DNA of 46,033 nt from an uncultured archaeon (GTDB lineage Archaea; Asgardarchaeota; Heimdallarchaeia; Heimdallarchaeales; Heimdallarchaeaceae), in the NCBI GenBank assembly GCA_964549075.1, contig CAZJUB010000008.1, positions 23,077 through 69,109 on the forward strand, written 5' to 3'. Of this stretch, positions 1-8,937 are shown piece by piece. Every line of letters starts with the position of its first letter. Position 1 is the first letter of the stretch. The translations under genes were made by a program, and so were the position numbers. The notes under the pieces are model-generated. The model searched no databases, was not told where the DNA came from, and was given only the letters and a program-made list of their open reading frames with translations.

Positions 1-767
1 AGTTCTTCTTTGACTTCGTCATCTTCATCAACAGCTACTTCTGCACGAATATCTGCATACCTCTGCTTCAATGTATTTGTTTGTATATCATACAGTCTCT
101 TTGCACCTTCGATGGACAAGTCTAAACACTCATCAAACTGCTCTAATGTGAATACACCATCTAATTGTAAAAGAGAGATTTCATTCAATGTAGGACAATA
201 ACCTAAAGGCATATCCCCTGAACCTTTCTGATCTTCCAAGTCAAATAAATCAAGTACTACTATATCATTAGCAAGACCTGAAGCAACAGCGGCAATTATT
301 CCTCGCATTGGGACACCAGCATCTGCTAAAGCAACTGATGCTGCAGTCAAACTAGCGCATCTAGTTCCACCATCTGCTTGAATCACTTGAATATAAATAT
401 CAATTGTAGTTCTTGGATATTTATCTGTTAATACCACGGAGGTAAGTGCATCAGATAGAAGCATTGAAATTTCCTTTTCTCTTCTTGAAGGAGCTGGACT
501 CTTTCTGTCATTAACAGAAAAAGTCGACATCCGATAAAAGCATTGAATTAAAGCTCTATCTGGTAGTGCTCTATGCTTAGGATGTAGTTCTCTTGGTCCA
601 TAAACCGCAGCAATTATAATATTTTTACCCATGCGAATTTCTGCTGAACCATCAGCGTTCTTAACAACGCCTATTTTTATTTCTGTAGGACGTAATTCAT
701 CTTTTAAACGTCCGTCTACTCGTTTACCTTTTTCATCAATAAGTTGGACGGTTCCATCACCTGCCAT
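1..767 (-). CDS. rrp41: Exosome subunit Rrp41 (RNase PH fold), 3' end runs off the window
   Basis: Not in the ORF track. Minus-strand ATG at 767 reads MAGDGTVQLIDEKGKRVDGRLKDELRP, with VYGPRELHP, ADGGTRCASLTAAS and GDMP motifs. Directly downstream of rrp4, no stop before position 1. Confidence 0.95.
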   Translation of the reverse strand, partial: MAGDGTVQLIDEKGKRVDGRLKDELRPTEIKIGVVKNADGSAEIRMGKNIIIAAVYGPRELHPKHRALPDRALIQCFYRMSTFSVNDRKSPAPSRREKEISMLLSDALTSVVLTDKYPRTTIDIYIQVIQADGGTRCASLTAASVALADAGVPMRGIIAAVASGLANDIVVLDLFDLEDQKGSGDMPLGYCPTLNEISLLQLDGVFTLEQFDECLDLSIEGAKRLYDIQTNTLKQRYADIRAEVAVDEDDEVKEE

Positions 768-770
768 ACT

Positions 771-1481
771 TTACACCTCATTTTCTTCTTGATTATTTGA
801 AAGCATCTCTCGTATTCTATCTGTCAAACCTTGTGTATGAGCTTCTAGCTCAATTTTTTTGATAGTATCAATTGCTTTTAATTCGTCTTCTACTTTCTTT
901 CCTTGTACCCAGATTCTTCCGTTTTGACCTGTTATTATTTGAGTTCGTGTAAGTCTTTTTACCATGTTTATCATAGTACCTTTCTTTCCAATAACTCGAG
1001 GTATATGAGCAGCTTCTATCTCAACTAATCGACCACCTCTAAGTTTTCCCAATCCCCTTTCATTTGTTATTATTTGAGGATCTCTTGTTCTGTCAAAACT
1101 TATAATCTTTGTAAGAATTATATCTCCTACATTAAAGATTCTTCTAGCATCGTCTTTTACAGGATCAAATCTTTTCTCAGTTGCATTATTCGCGCTTAAA
1201 ACTGCTGAATATGGTGAGCCAACATCTACAATCCAATTTGTTAAACCCACTTCTACAACTTTTCCTATAACTAAATCACCAGGTCGTGGAAGGTATTTAC
1301 CTTTGAGAGCTTTTACTTGTATATAATCGCCCCTATCTTGGAATAATCCTACAATTGTAGAATAGTATAAATTACCTCTTCGGATTACTCCATCTCCATA
1401 TTTCAGAGTACCTTCAGCTAGTAAATCACCCGGTATAACTATCTCATGATTCTTTACTTTAACTTCAGACATTTGTATCAC
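771..1481 (-). CDS. rrp4: Exosome RNA-binding cap subunit Rrp4 (S1+KH)
   Basis: VIPGD N-terminus, YLPRPGDLVIG, KH motif RVIGKKG, GQNGRIW. Lies between SBDS and rrp41. Start may be 1472. Confidence 0.95.
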   Translation of the reverse strand: MIQMSEVKVKNHEIVIPGDLLAEGTLKYGDGVIRRGNLYYSTIVGLFQDRGDYIQVKALKGKYLPRPGDLVIGKVVEVGLTNWIVDVGSPYSAVLSANNATEKRFDPVKDDARRIFNVGDIILTKIISFDRTRDPQIITNERGLGKLRGGRLVEIEAAHIPRVIGKKGTMINMVKRLTRTQIITGQNGRIWVQGKKVEDELKAIDTIKKIELEAHTQGLTDRIREMLSNNQEENEV

Positions 1482-1497
1482 AGCTTGTATTTCTAAT

Positions 1498-2241
1498 CTA
1501 TTCTGCGAGTCTTTCTATTACTTTGACTTGTGCTTTTCCTTTAGTTCGCGAAGTTACTTCTTCTAAGAAATCAGCTTGTGTACCAGAAGGGATTTGAACT
1601 AAAACAGCTAAACTCCCGTCAGAAAGCCATTCTTCTTGAATTAATTCCCCAGCTGAGCGTATAGTTCCATAAAGGGGCCCTGTATAACTTGGCGGGATTT
1701 TTAATGCTAATTTTACAGATTCTAATCGAATTGGCATAACAGGTTTAAGCATATTAATAATTTCCAAAGCCTGAGTTTTCACTTCTTCTTTATAATCTAT
1801 ATTTACACCTAATTCAAGTATAGCATTTTCTATTCTATCTTTAGGTATAGGTACATTTTCTCTTGGATTTATACAATGAATGTGAATAAAGTCAACTATT
1901 TCCATTCTTTTATCTTTTAATATCTCATTTCTTTGTTCTGCAGTTAACTGTAGTTGACCTTCTTTCAAAATCTTAATAGCTATTTCTCTTTCTGTTAACC
2001 CTTCAAAAGCTAGTTCTAAATCATCATTAGTAGCTTTTGCTCCGCGAGACAAATTCTCATAAACAACAAATGACTCAAAAATATCATCTATTTCTACTTC
2101 TTCACCTTGTAGAAATAACCACGCAGGACGAGGATTAACTAATAACTCATATCTCCTCCCATGTTTTTCATAACGAACGATAGACTTACCTCTAAGGTCT
2201 ATACGCCTATCTATTGTAACGCCTCTAAAATCTTGGCTCAT
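1498..2241 (-). CDS. sdo1: Ribosome maturation factor SBDS/Sdo1
   Basis: ILKEGQLQLTAEQR, INPRENVPIP..RIENA, EEWLSDGS motifs. Canonical position upstream of rrp4. Confidence 0.95.
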   Translation of the reverse strand: MSQDFRGVTIDRRIDLRGKSIVRYEKHGRRYELLVNPRPAWLFLQGEEVEIDDIFESFVVYENLSRGAKATNDDLELAFEGLTEREIAIKILKEGQLQLTAEQRNEILKDKRMEIVDFIHIHCINPRENVPIPKDRIENAILELGVNIDYKEEVKTQALEIINMLKPVMPIRLESVKLALKIPPSYTGPLYGTIRSAGELIQEEWLSDGSLAVLVQIPSGTQADFLEEVTSRTKGKAQVKVIERLAE

Positions 2242-2371
2242 GTTTTCTCACACTCGAGTATCAAAGTAACATCGCAATTTTTGAGAACATTAAAAGCCAG
2301 ATTTATAAGATTTTTCAAGATAGAGAACAATATTAGAATATAATGACTTATCTAATAAGATGTGTTGAAAC

Positions 2372-2884
2372 ATGTATAATATCCTAATCACAGGTTATCC
2401 TCAAGTAGGTAAAACCTCTTTAATTAATAATATCATCAGAAAACTCGAAAAAACTAATATCGGTATGTTCACAAATGAAATTAGAAAAGAAGGGAGACGT
2501 GTAGGATTTAAAATAGAGACACTCTCAGGATTAGAGTATATTCTTGCTTCAAAAGATAACCTTACTAGTAAATATAGGGTAGCGAATTATGGAGTATATT
2601 TGGAAAACATAGACACTGTGATTAAACATTTAGAACTAAATATGCAAGAATCAAACCCAGAAGTCATAATTATTGATGAAATTGGAAAAATGGAACTTTT
2701 TTCAAAAACGTTTATGAGATTTCTTGAAAGATGTTTGGATTCAAAAAAAGTATTAGGAACTATTATGATGAAAGATAATGCTTATACAAAGCAAATTAAA
2801 GGGAGATCAGACACACTTGTATTCCACTTAACTAGGGACAATCAAAAAATGATAGAAGAGAAAATTATGGAGTGTTTCAAATAA
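2372..2884 (+). CDS. THEP1-family NTPase (NTPase_1)
   Basis: ITGYPQVGKTS Walker A, EGRRVGF, IIIDEIGKME Walker B. Confidence 0.9.
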   Translation: MYNILITGYPQVGKTSLINNIIRKLEKTNIGMFTNEIRKEGRRVGFKIETLSGLEYILASKDNLTSKYRVANYGVYLENIDTVIKHLELNMQESNPEVIIIDEIGKMELFSKTFMRFLERCLDSKKVLGTIMMKDNAYTKQIKGRSDTLVFHLTRDNQKMIEEKIMECFK

Positions 2885-3729
2885 TGCCAGAAGGACCAGA
2901 GGTAGAATATACTCTACAAACTTTGAAAGAACTAGAAGGACTAGTAATTGAATCAATTAAGCTTACAAGACTCTCCCAAAAATATCAAAGATACAAAGGA
3001 AAACAAAAAGAATTTTTATGTTTTTCAAAAAAAGTTTTGAGTAAAATAGAAAGACACGGAAAATTTCTAGTTTGGATTTTTAATAACAATAAAGTAATTC
3101 TTAATCATTTAGGAATGTCAGGAAAGTGGATAATCACCAGTAAAAATAAAATTAAAAATATTAAACATGCCAAAGTTATAATTAATTTTGAAGGAGAAGA
3201 GATTATAACTGTATTTGACGACATAAGAAACTTTGGTCAATTTCGCATTTTCGAGAACTATGATGAGGTAATGAATTACAAACCCATTAAAAAACTTGGT
3301 CTGAATGGCTTGGAATTGCCTTTTCCTAGTTCAGAGTTCTATAAAATCTTAAAACAAAAAAGAAATTTGAATAAAGCAATAGGACAGGTGCTTCTAGATC
3401 AGACTGTTGTAGCTGGTGTGGGGAATATCTATAAATCAGAGTCACTTTTTCTGGCGAAGATAAATCCCCTTAGATCTGTTAAGAGTCTTCAATCGGAAGA
3501 GATTGAAAAAATAGGTAGTGCAATTTCTGAGATTCTGCAGAGAGCTGTAAAAAGCATGGGTAGTACCATCAATGATTACAGAAACCCATATGGTGAAGAA
3601 GGAGAAGCACAAAAATGGCATAAGGTGTATGGTAAAGAGGGAAAAGATTGTATGATTTGTGGTAATAAAATTATGCGAATAGTACAAAATAAAAGAAGTA
3701 CATTTTATTGTGAGAGATGTCAACAATAG
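2884..3729 (+). CDS. mutM: Fpg/Nei-family DNA glycosylase/AP lyase
   Basis: True start is ATG 2884, overlapping the upstream stop (TAATG), giving the catalytic N-terminus PEGPE. Also HGK, HLGMSG, H2TH GVGNIY and the C-terminal Zn finger CMIC...CERC. Confidence 0.92.
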   Translation: MPEGPEVEYTLQTLKELEGLVIESIKLTRLSQKYQRYKGKQKEFLCFSKKVLSKIERHGKFLVWIFNNNKVILNHLGMSGKWIITSKNKIKNIKHAKVIINFEGEEIITVFDDIRNFGQFRIFENYDEVMNYKPIKKLGLNGLELPFPSSEFYKILKQKRNLNKAIGQVLLDQTVVAGVGNIYKSESLFLAKINPLRSVKSLQSEEIEKIGSAISEILQRAVKSMGSTINDYRNPYGEEGEAQKWHKVYGKEGKDCMICGNKIMRIVQNKRSTFYCERCQQ

Positions 3730-3764
3730 GTTAGAGTTTTTTCCAAAAAAGATTTATTGTTAAG

Positions 3765-5774
3765 ATGAAAAAAGAAAATATGCATCTAAATGAGCTGATA
3801 AACAAGATAGCAGAAGAATTATCCGGAGAGAGAACTAAAAAATTAACAGGAAAACTATCTCAATATCACAGAATCCAAGCAAGTACTGAATTTTTAACAG
3901 CTATTAAATTGATAAGAGATGAATTAGAGAAACTTGGAGACACTAATTTTCAAATACATGAGTATATAGCTGATGGTACAAAAAGATATTATGATTGGAA
4001 CACACCCATTTCTTGGGACATAGAAGATGGATCTCTATTATTGGTAGAACCAGTCAAAAAAAATCTTTGTAGTTTTTCAGAAATACCAGAAAGTATTTGT
4101 ACACATTCCAAACCTACAGATATTTTAGCAGAAGTTATTCATGTTGGAGAAGGAAAACGAGAAGATTTCGAAAATGTTGATGTTAATGGAAGAATAGTCT
4201 TAACTACAGCAAGTCCGAGAACAATGATTGAGAGATTATATGAAAATGGAGCTATTGGTATTATAGCATATCCTTCAGAACAAAGAGCGAAAGGATTTTC
4301 TGAAATGGTACAATATGTAGGTTTATGGCCAAATGCAGAAAATGTAGACAAGTCTTCTTTCGGTTTTTCTCTATCCAGAAAACAAGCATTGGAAATCATT
4401 AGTTATTTAAAAGAAGGCAAGAAAGTAACAGTACAAGCTAAAATCAAAGCTAATCTTTACAATGGTAAAATGCATGTACTGTCTACAGAATTAGTGGGTA
4501 ACACAAAGCCTGAAGAGGAAATCATAGTTATAGCACACATTTGCCATCCTGCACCTTCTGCCAATGATAATGCATCAGGAAGCGCTCTACTGTTAGAGAT
4601 TTATAAAACCTTGAAAGCTTTAATAGATAAGAAAATAATCAAACAACCAGATAGAACAATTAGGTTCTTATGGGTTCCTGAATTTAATGGTACAATACCG
4701 TGGATACAGGAAAACATTAAATCAAATTCATTCTCACCTATAATTTGTATTAATCTTGATATGGTTGGAGAGCATCCAGCTTTAATTGGGTATCCTTTTA
4801 CTGTAAACAAATCAAGCGTATCAACACCAACTTACTTTAATGACCTGATTCTAAAAGTCATAGATGAAATCAAAGATAATAATAATGTAGTGGAACAAAG
4901 TGGTTGGCAGTATCCATGGAACTTCAGAATCAAACCTTTTGCTGGAGGTTCAGATCATTTACTTTTCAATGATGAACCTTTACGAATTCCGTCTGTAATG
5001 TTTGGGCATTCTGATATTTTTCACCATACAAATCTTGATACAATTGAAAAAGTTGATTCAACAACTTTGAAAAGAGTAGGATGTACAGCTTTATCTTGTA
5101 CAATAATAAGCTCCTATATCAAAGATTATTCAGAAGAAATTCAAAGAATTTACATCGAAGGATTACAGAAGAGAAAAGGTAGTTTTCTGGAGATGTGCTT
5201 ATTCGAACTCAATATTTTAAAAGATGTTGAAGATAGTATAAACAAGGATTTGAAATTGGTCATATTATTAGAAACAATAGAAACTTTCGAGAAAAATGAG
5301 AAGAAAAGGATAGGAGAAATAGAGCGATTATTTGGAAAGATAAATAATGAACTAATCAAAGGAATTGAAAGTGATTTACAGGAATTTAAGAAATTTATAT
5401 ACAAACTTACAAAGAGTGTAAAAGAGCCAAATCTAAAGCAAGATATTTCAGAATCATTAAATAAAATCCCTATTCGTAAATGGGAAGGACCATTCAATAA
5501 TTCAATCATTTACAAAACATTATATGATCCAGAATCTCTTCAAGAAACAACAAATCTATCTGAAGAAAAAATCATAGAAATAAAAGCATTATCAAAGGTT
5601 TTAATGGAGAATTATGGCGGTCTTACTTTTGAGATAGTGAACCTCATAGATAATAAAAGAAATGTAAAAGAAATTCTTAGTGGTTTAACAATGATAAATT
5701 GGAAATTAATAGAACCAAAGAATCTTATAAGTTTTCTTGAAATGCTTGAAAATCTTCAGTTAATAGAATTTTAA
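3765..5774 (+). CDS. M28-family zinc peptidase with PA domain (DUF4910-like)
   Basis: AHICHP..ANDNASG, WVPE, NLDMVG, GSDH, FHHT metal-binding motifs. Confidence 0.85.
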   Translation: MKKENMHLNELINKIAEELSGERTKKLTGKLSQYHRIQASTEFLTAIKLIRDELEKLGDTNFQIHEYIADGTKRYYDWNTPISWDIEDGSLLLVEPVKKNLCSFSEIPESICTHSKPTDILAEVIHVGEGKREDFENVDVNGRIVLTTASPRTMIERLYENGAIGIIAYPSEQRAKGFSEMVQYVGLWPNAENVDKSSFGFSLSRKQALEIISYLKEGKKVTVQAKIKANLYNGKMHVLSTELVGNTKPEEEIIVIAHICHPAPSANDNASGSALLLEIYKTLKALIDKKIIKQPDRTIRFLWVPEFNGTIPWIQENIKSNSFSPIICINLDMVGEHPALIGYPFTVNKSSVSTPTYFNDLILKVIDEIKDNNNVVEQSGWQYPWNFRIKPFAGGSDHLLFNDEPLRIPSVMFGHSDIFHHTNLDTIEKVDSTTLKRVGCTALSCTIISSYIKDYSEEIQRIYIEGLQKRKGSFLEMCLFELNILKDVEDSINKDLKLVILLETIETFEKNEKKRIGEIERLFGKINNELIKGIESDLQEFKKFIYKLTKSVKEPNLKQDISESLNKIPIRKWEGPFNNSIIYKTLYDPESLQETTNLSEEKIIEIKALSKVLMENYGGLTFEIVNLIDNKRNVKEILSGLTMINWKLIEPKNLISFLEMLENLQLIEF

Positions 5775-5863
5775 ACTATTTTAATTTTAAGTCTGAGATT
5801 TAGAATCCTAGCCTTTAGCAATGGTTTTATATAAATAAATAACATAATGACAAGTAGATTTAG

Positions 5864-6751
5864 ATGACAAAAGATGAAGTAAAATCTCTAGTGAATTCTG
5901 TCAATATGATTAAAAACATGGTTGAAAGTATAGTTGCAGCTGTACAAGAAAGATTCAAAGATTATGATGATGTAGTAGTCTCACTTAAAGAAAGAATTCA
6001 AAACCTGGAGGAAAGAGCACAAAGTACAGGACCAAGTGCACAAACGATCACCTCAGGTTCATTTGAACAAATAACTAAACTTGAAAAGCGATTAGATAGT
6101 TTAAATGAAAGAATTCTTCTAATAGAAGCTGCAAGAAGTGTGCACAAAGAAGCAGCAGTTGAACCTACAGAAGTTCAGGCATTTAAAGAAGCAACTGTTG
6201 AGGAAACCAAATCCAAAACAATAGAAATGCCTTCAGCTCCTGCTGCACCACCACCAACACCAGAGATTGTATCTCTTGAGCCAGAACCAAGACCAGTTCC
6301 TGAAGAGCCATCCCCTCCAACAGTTGAAGCTCCTTCTATTCCCACTCCAACACCTCCTCCCGCAACAAGAATTTATACGCCTACACCAGCACCAGCACCT
6401 GAACCAACACCGGTTCCTGCAACAACACCTGAACCAACTACAGAACCCACTCCAATAATCCCTTCACAAATTCCAACACCTTCAGCCATACCTAAACCAG
6501 CTACACAAGTAACAGAAACTGGAGAACGAGATGTAAGTCCAATATCTAAGGAAGTAACTGGAGCAATACCAGCACCACCTAAACAAGAAGATGCTGTACC
6601 TACAACCGACACATTTCAAACGCCTGTAGCAAAACCAGCCCCCGAGCCAATAGCTCCAGAAGAGAAAAAATCTGCAGAATTATTTGGTGAGGCTGTAAGT
6701 GGTGACAAAGCAGAATTACTAAAAGCTTTAAAGAAATTGGAAGATTTGTAG
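5864..6751 (+). CDS. Hypothetical protein: N-terminal coiled coil, long Pro/Thr/Glu-rich disordered region, C-terminal amphipathic helix
   Basis: Heptad-like LKERIQNLEER / LEKRLDSLNERI, Pro-rich middle containing PSAP, ends DKAELLKALKKLEDL. No signal peptide or TM segment. Confidence 0.75.
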   Translation: MTKDEVKSLVNSVNMIKNMVESIVAAVQERFKDYDDVVVSLKERIQNLEERAQSTGPSAQTITSGSFEQITKLEKRLDSLNERILLIEAARSVHKEAAVEPTEVQAFKEATVEETKSKTIEMPSAPAAPPPTPEIVSLEPEPRPVPEEPSPPTVEAPSIPTPTPPPATRIYTPTPAPAPEPTPVPATTPEPTTEPTPIIPSQIPTPSAIPKPATQVTETGERDVSPISKEVTGAIPAPPKQEDAVPTTDTFQTPVAKPAPEPIAPEEKKSAELFGEAVSGDKAELLKALKKLEDL

Positions 6752-6791
6752 TAATAAAGACAAATTTGATAAAGAGCTCACAAACAGTTGT

Positions 6792-7835
6792 TTGATGGCT
6801 CTCAATTTATTACCTATAGTTATATACATACTGGCATTTTTTACACCTTTACTTATAATATTTGTAGGTATGCCTTTTCAAATCCGATTTATGCTAAAAA
6901 AAGGCATTTTTGGCGTAGATGTACATAAAAAGGAAAAGCCGAAAATTGCTGAAATGGGAGGGATTATATTGTTAATTGCGATAATTATCACATCAATATT
7001 AACAATTATTCTAATTGACGATCCGGCTGACAAACTATCTGTTGGTATTTTTTGCATTTCTGTTACAATTGCTGGGATCATTGGCATAATAGATGATATT
7101 TTCAACTTAAGTGCTCTACTAAAACCATTTCTACTCTTATTTGGTTCAATTCCTATTATTGCTTCGGGAAGGTATGAAACAAAACCAATGTTACCTTTTG
7201 TGGGAGAAACTAGATTAAATATTGTCTATTTTATTCTATTACCCTTTATAATATCAGTACCTGCTAATTCAGTAAATATGCTTGACGTTTTTAATGGTTC
7301 CATGGCAACAACCGTCATACTTGTTCTTATTACGATATTCTTTGCGAATATGATTGTCTTTCAAGATAACTTTAGCAATCTTAATTTAACAGACATTTTT
7401 GTTTTCATCATGTTAGGAACATTAATCGCCTATTGGTTTTTCAACCGTTATCCAGCAAAAACATTTGGTGGAGATACAGGGAGTTTAACAGTAGGTGCCT
7501 CATTAGGCGTAATAGCTGTTATGGGCAGATTAGAGATTGTAGTTATAATCGCAATGATTCCATTCATAATGAATTCGTTTGGAATAATAAGCAGTGTAAA
7601 GGGACTATTTGAGAGAAGACAAATGGCACGGCCAACCAAGATGACAAAAGACTGGAAAATTGAATCAACTGGTGATCCAAAAGCACCTATCACACTCGTA
7701 GGATTAGTTGTTCAAGAAGGGCCATTACATGAAAGAGACGTTGTTAAAACATTCAATATTCTTACCTTAGTAAGTGGAGTTTTTGCTATAATAACAGCGA
7801 TTTTAATAAGAGTAGCTGTGGGGGTAACTTCATGA
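6792..7835 (+). CDS. aglH: UDP-GlcNAc:dolichyl-phosphate GlcNAc-1-phosphate transferase (MraY/GPT family; AglH/Alg7-like)
   Basis: Polytopic membrane protein with GVDVHK..KPKIAEMGG, GIIDD, NMLDVFNG, NRYPAKTFGGDTG. Confidence 0.85.
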   Translation: MMALNLLPIVIYILAFFTPLLIIFVGMPFQIRFMLKKGIFGVDVHKKEKPKIAEMGGIILLIAIIITSILTIILIDDPADKLSVGIFCISVTIAGIIGIIDDIFNLSALLKPFLLLFGSIPIIASGRYETKPMLPFVGETRLNIVYFILLPFIISVPANSVNMLDVFNGSMATTVILVLITIFFANMIVFQDNFSNLNLTDIFVFIMLGTLIAYWFFNRYPAKTFGGDTGSLTVGASLGVIAVMGRLEIVVIIAMIPFIMNSFGIISSVKGLFERRQMARPTKMTKDWKIESTGDPKAPITLVGLVVQEGPLHERDVVKTFNILTLVSGVFAIITAILIRVAVGVTS

Positions 7836-8164
7836 GTCTGCTAGAATCAACATCTAAATTCTTTAGAGATATTGGTGCAGGAATTGTAAGATATTTACAT
7901 CTTACACCAAGATTGTGGAAGATAATAGGATTGGAATCGTTCATCTTTGCAACATTTGTTGGTATTTGTGCAATTATTAGTGAAGGTATTATGCTACTTC
8001 CATCTCCCACAGAACCAGGCTGGTTAATATTTGTATATGCAGCATTAAAGGTTGGACTAAGTCTTCTTCTTGTAGGAATATGGTTGATAGTCTGGTATTT
8101 CCTTACTAAGAGACTAATGAAAAACGATGGAAGTAATAAAATTAAAAATGAAGAGAATGATTAA
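7832..8164 (+). CDS. Small two-TM membrane protein
   Basis: ATGA overlap with the aglH stop. Two hydrophobic helices. Confidence 0.7.
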   Translation: MSLLESTSKFFRDIGAGIVRYLHLTPRLWKIIGLESFIFATFVGICAIISEGIMLLPSPTEPGWLIFVYAALKVGLSLLLVGIWLIVWYFLTKRLMKNDGSNKIKNEEND

Positions 8165-8817
8165 GCTCTAGTTTCTAGAAGATACAACCTTTTCTTCAAA
8201 TTGAAATACTTTTTAGCAAATTCATGACTTGGAATCTCATAATCTTCAAATTGCTGTTCAATTGCAAAAAGCTCATTTTCAACGGTTAATATCTCATCTT
8301 CAAGATGAATTTTCTTTTCTTGCTGAAGAGCTCTTCTTGAAATGTCAGCGAATCTTTTAATCTTGATATCTGCTAAATCTTTCTTTTTCTGTTCAAGAAT
8401 CAAAGATAATTGTTCTTCTTGTGCTATTATAGGGTCTAAGTGAGTTTGCGGATCAATTCTTTGTGGTTGTTCAGCTGTAGTACGTACAGGAACTTTTGAG
8501 AAAAGTCTCATCATTTCCACAATTACTTGAAATAGATGATAACTTGGTCTCCATCGAGCTAACATTCTCATTTCTAACACTTTATCCTGTGTTAAATTTG
8601 GATGAGTTATGGGGCTTAAAACACGCACAATTGGTGAAGTCGATGGAAAATCATTTGGAAGTACTATCAAAACTTCAATAAACATTTCCCCGTCAGCTGT
8701 TATTGCAGGTACAACACCCCTCCATCTTGTTAAATCTCCTTCTATTGGTTCAAAAGCGTATGCTCTTTCCATAACAAGGCTATATTCTTTTGCTAAGATA
8801 TCATCTGGAACAGGCAT
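8161..8817 (-). CDS. UEV (inactive E2-like) + coiled coil + steadiness-box/Mod(r)-like protein, ESCRT-I Vps23/Vps37-like
   Basis: E2 motifs W-G, PNDFP..SP, HPN and W-P. Catalytic Cys position holds Glu and the protein has no Cys. C-terminus QFEDYEIPSHEFAKKYFNLKKRLY resembles the Vps23/Vps37 helical hairpin. Confidence 0.8.
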   Translation of the reverse strand: MPVPDDILAKEYSLVMERAYAFEPIEGDLTRWRGVVPAITADGEMFIEVLIVLPNDFPSTSPIVRVLSPITHPNLTQDKVLEMRMLARWRPSYHLFQVIVEMMRLFSKVPVRTTAEQPQRIDPQTHLDPIIAQEEQLSLILEQKKKDLADIKIKRFADISRRALQQEKKIHLEDEILTVENELFAIEQQFEDYEIPSHEFAKKYFNLKKRLYLLETRA

Positions 8818-8937
8818 TATTAATTTACTCCTTTTGATAATTTATTTCACAACGACTTATTTATACGTTCGCTTTTTCAAGGTAATTAATTATATCTCAT
8901 CTCTAGATTTTTAAATATAGTAATGAGCCTATAGATA

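Noticed and set aside
10-201. 63-aa plus-strand ORF
   Set aside because: Antisense shadow of rrp41.
6704-6751. Canonical WH2 actin-binding motif in the Pro-rich protein
   Set aside because: LKK follows the helix with no linker and is not LKK[TV], and the poly-Pro runs are only three long. Kept only as a weak alternative.
8161-8817. Active E2 ubiquitin-conjugating enzyme
   Set aside because: The protein has no cysteine, so it cannot form the thioester.
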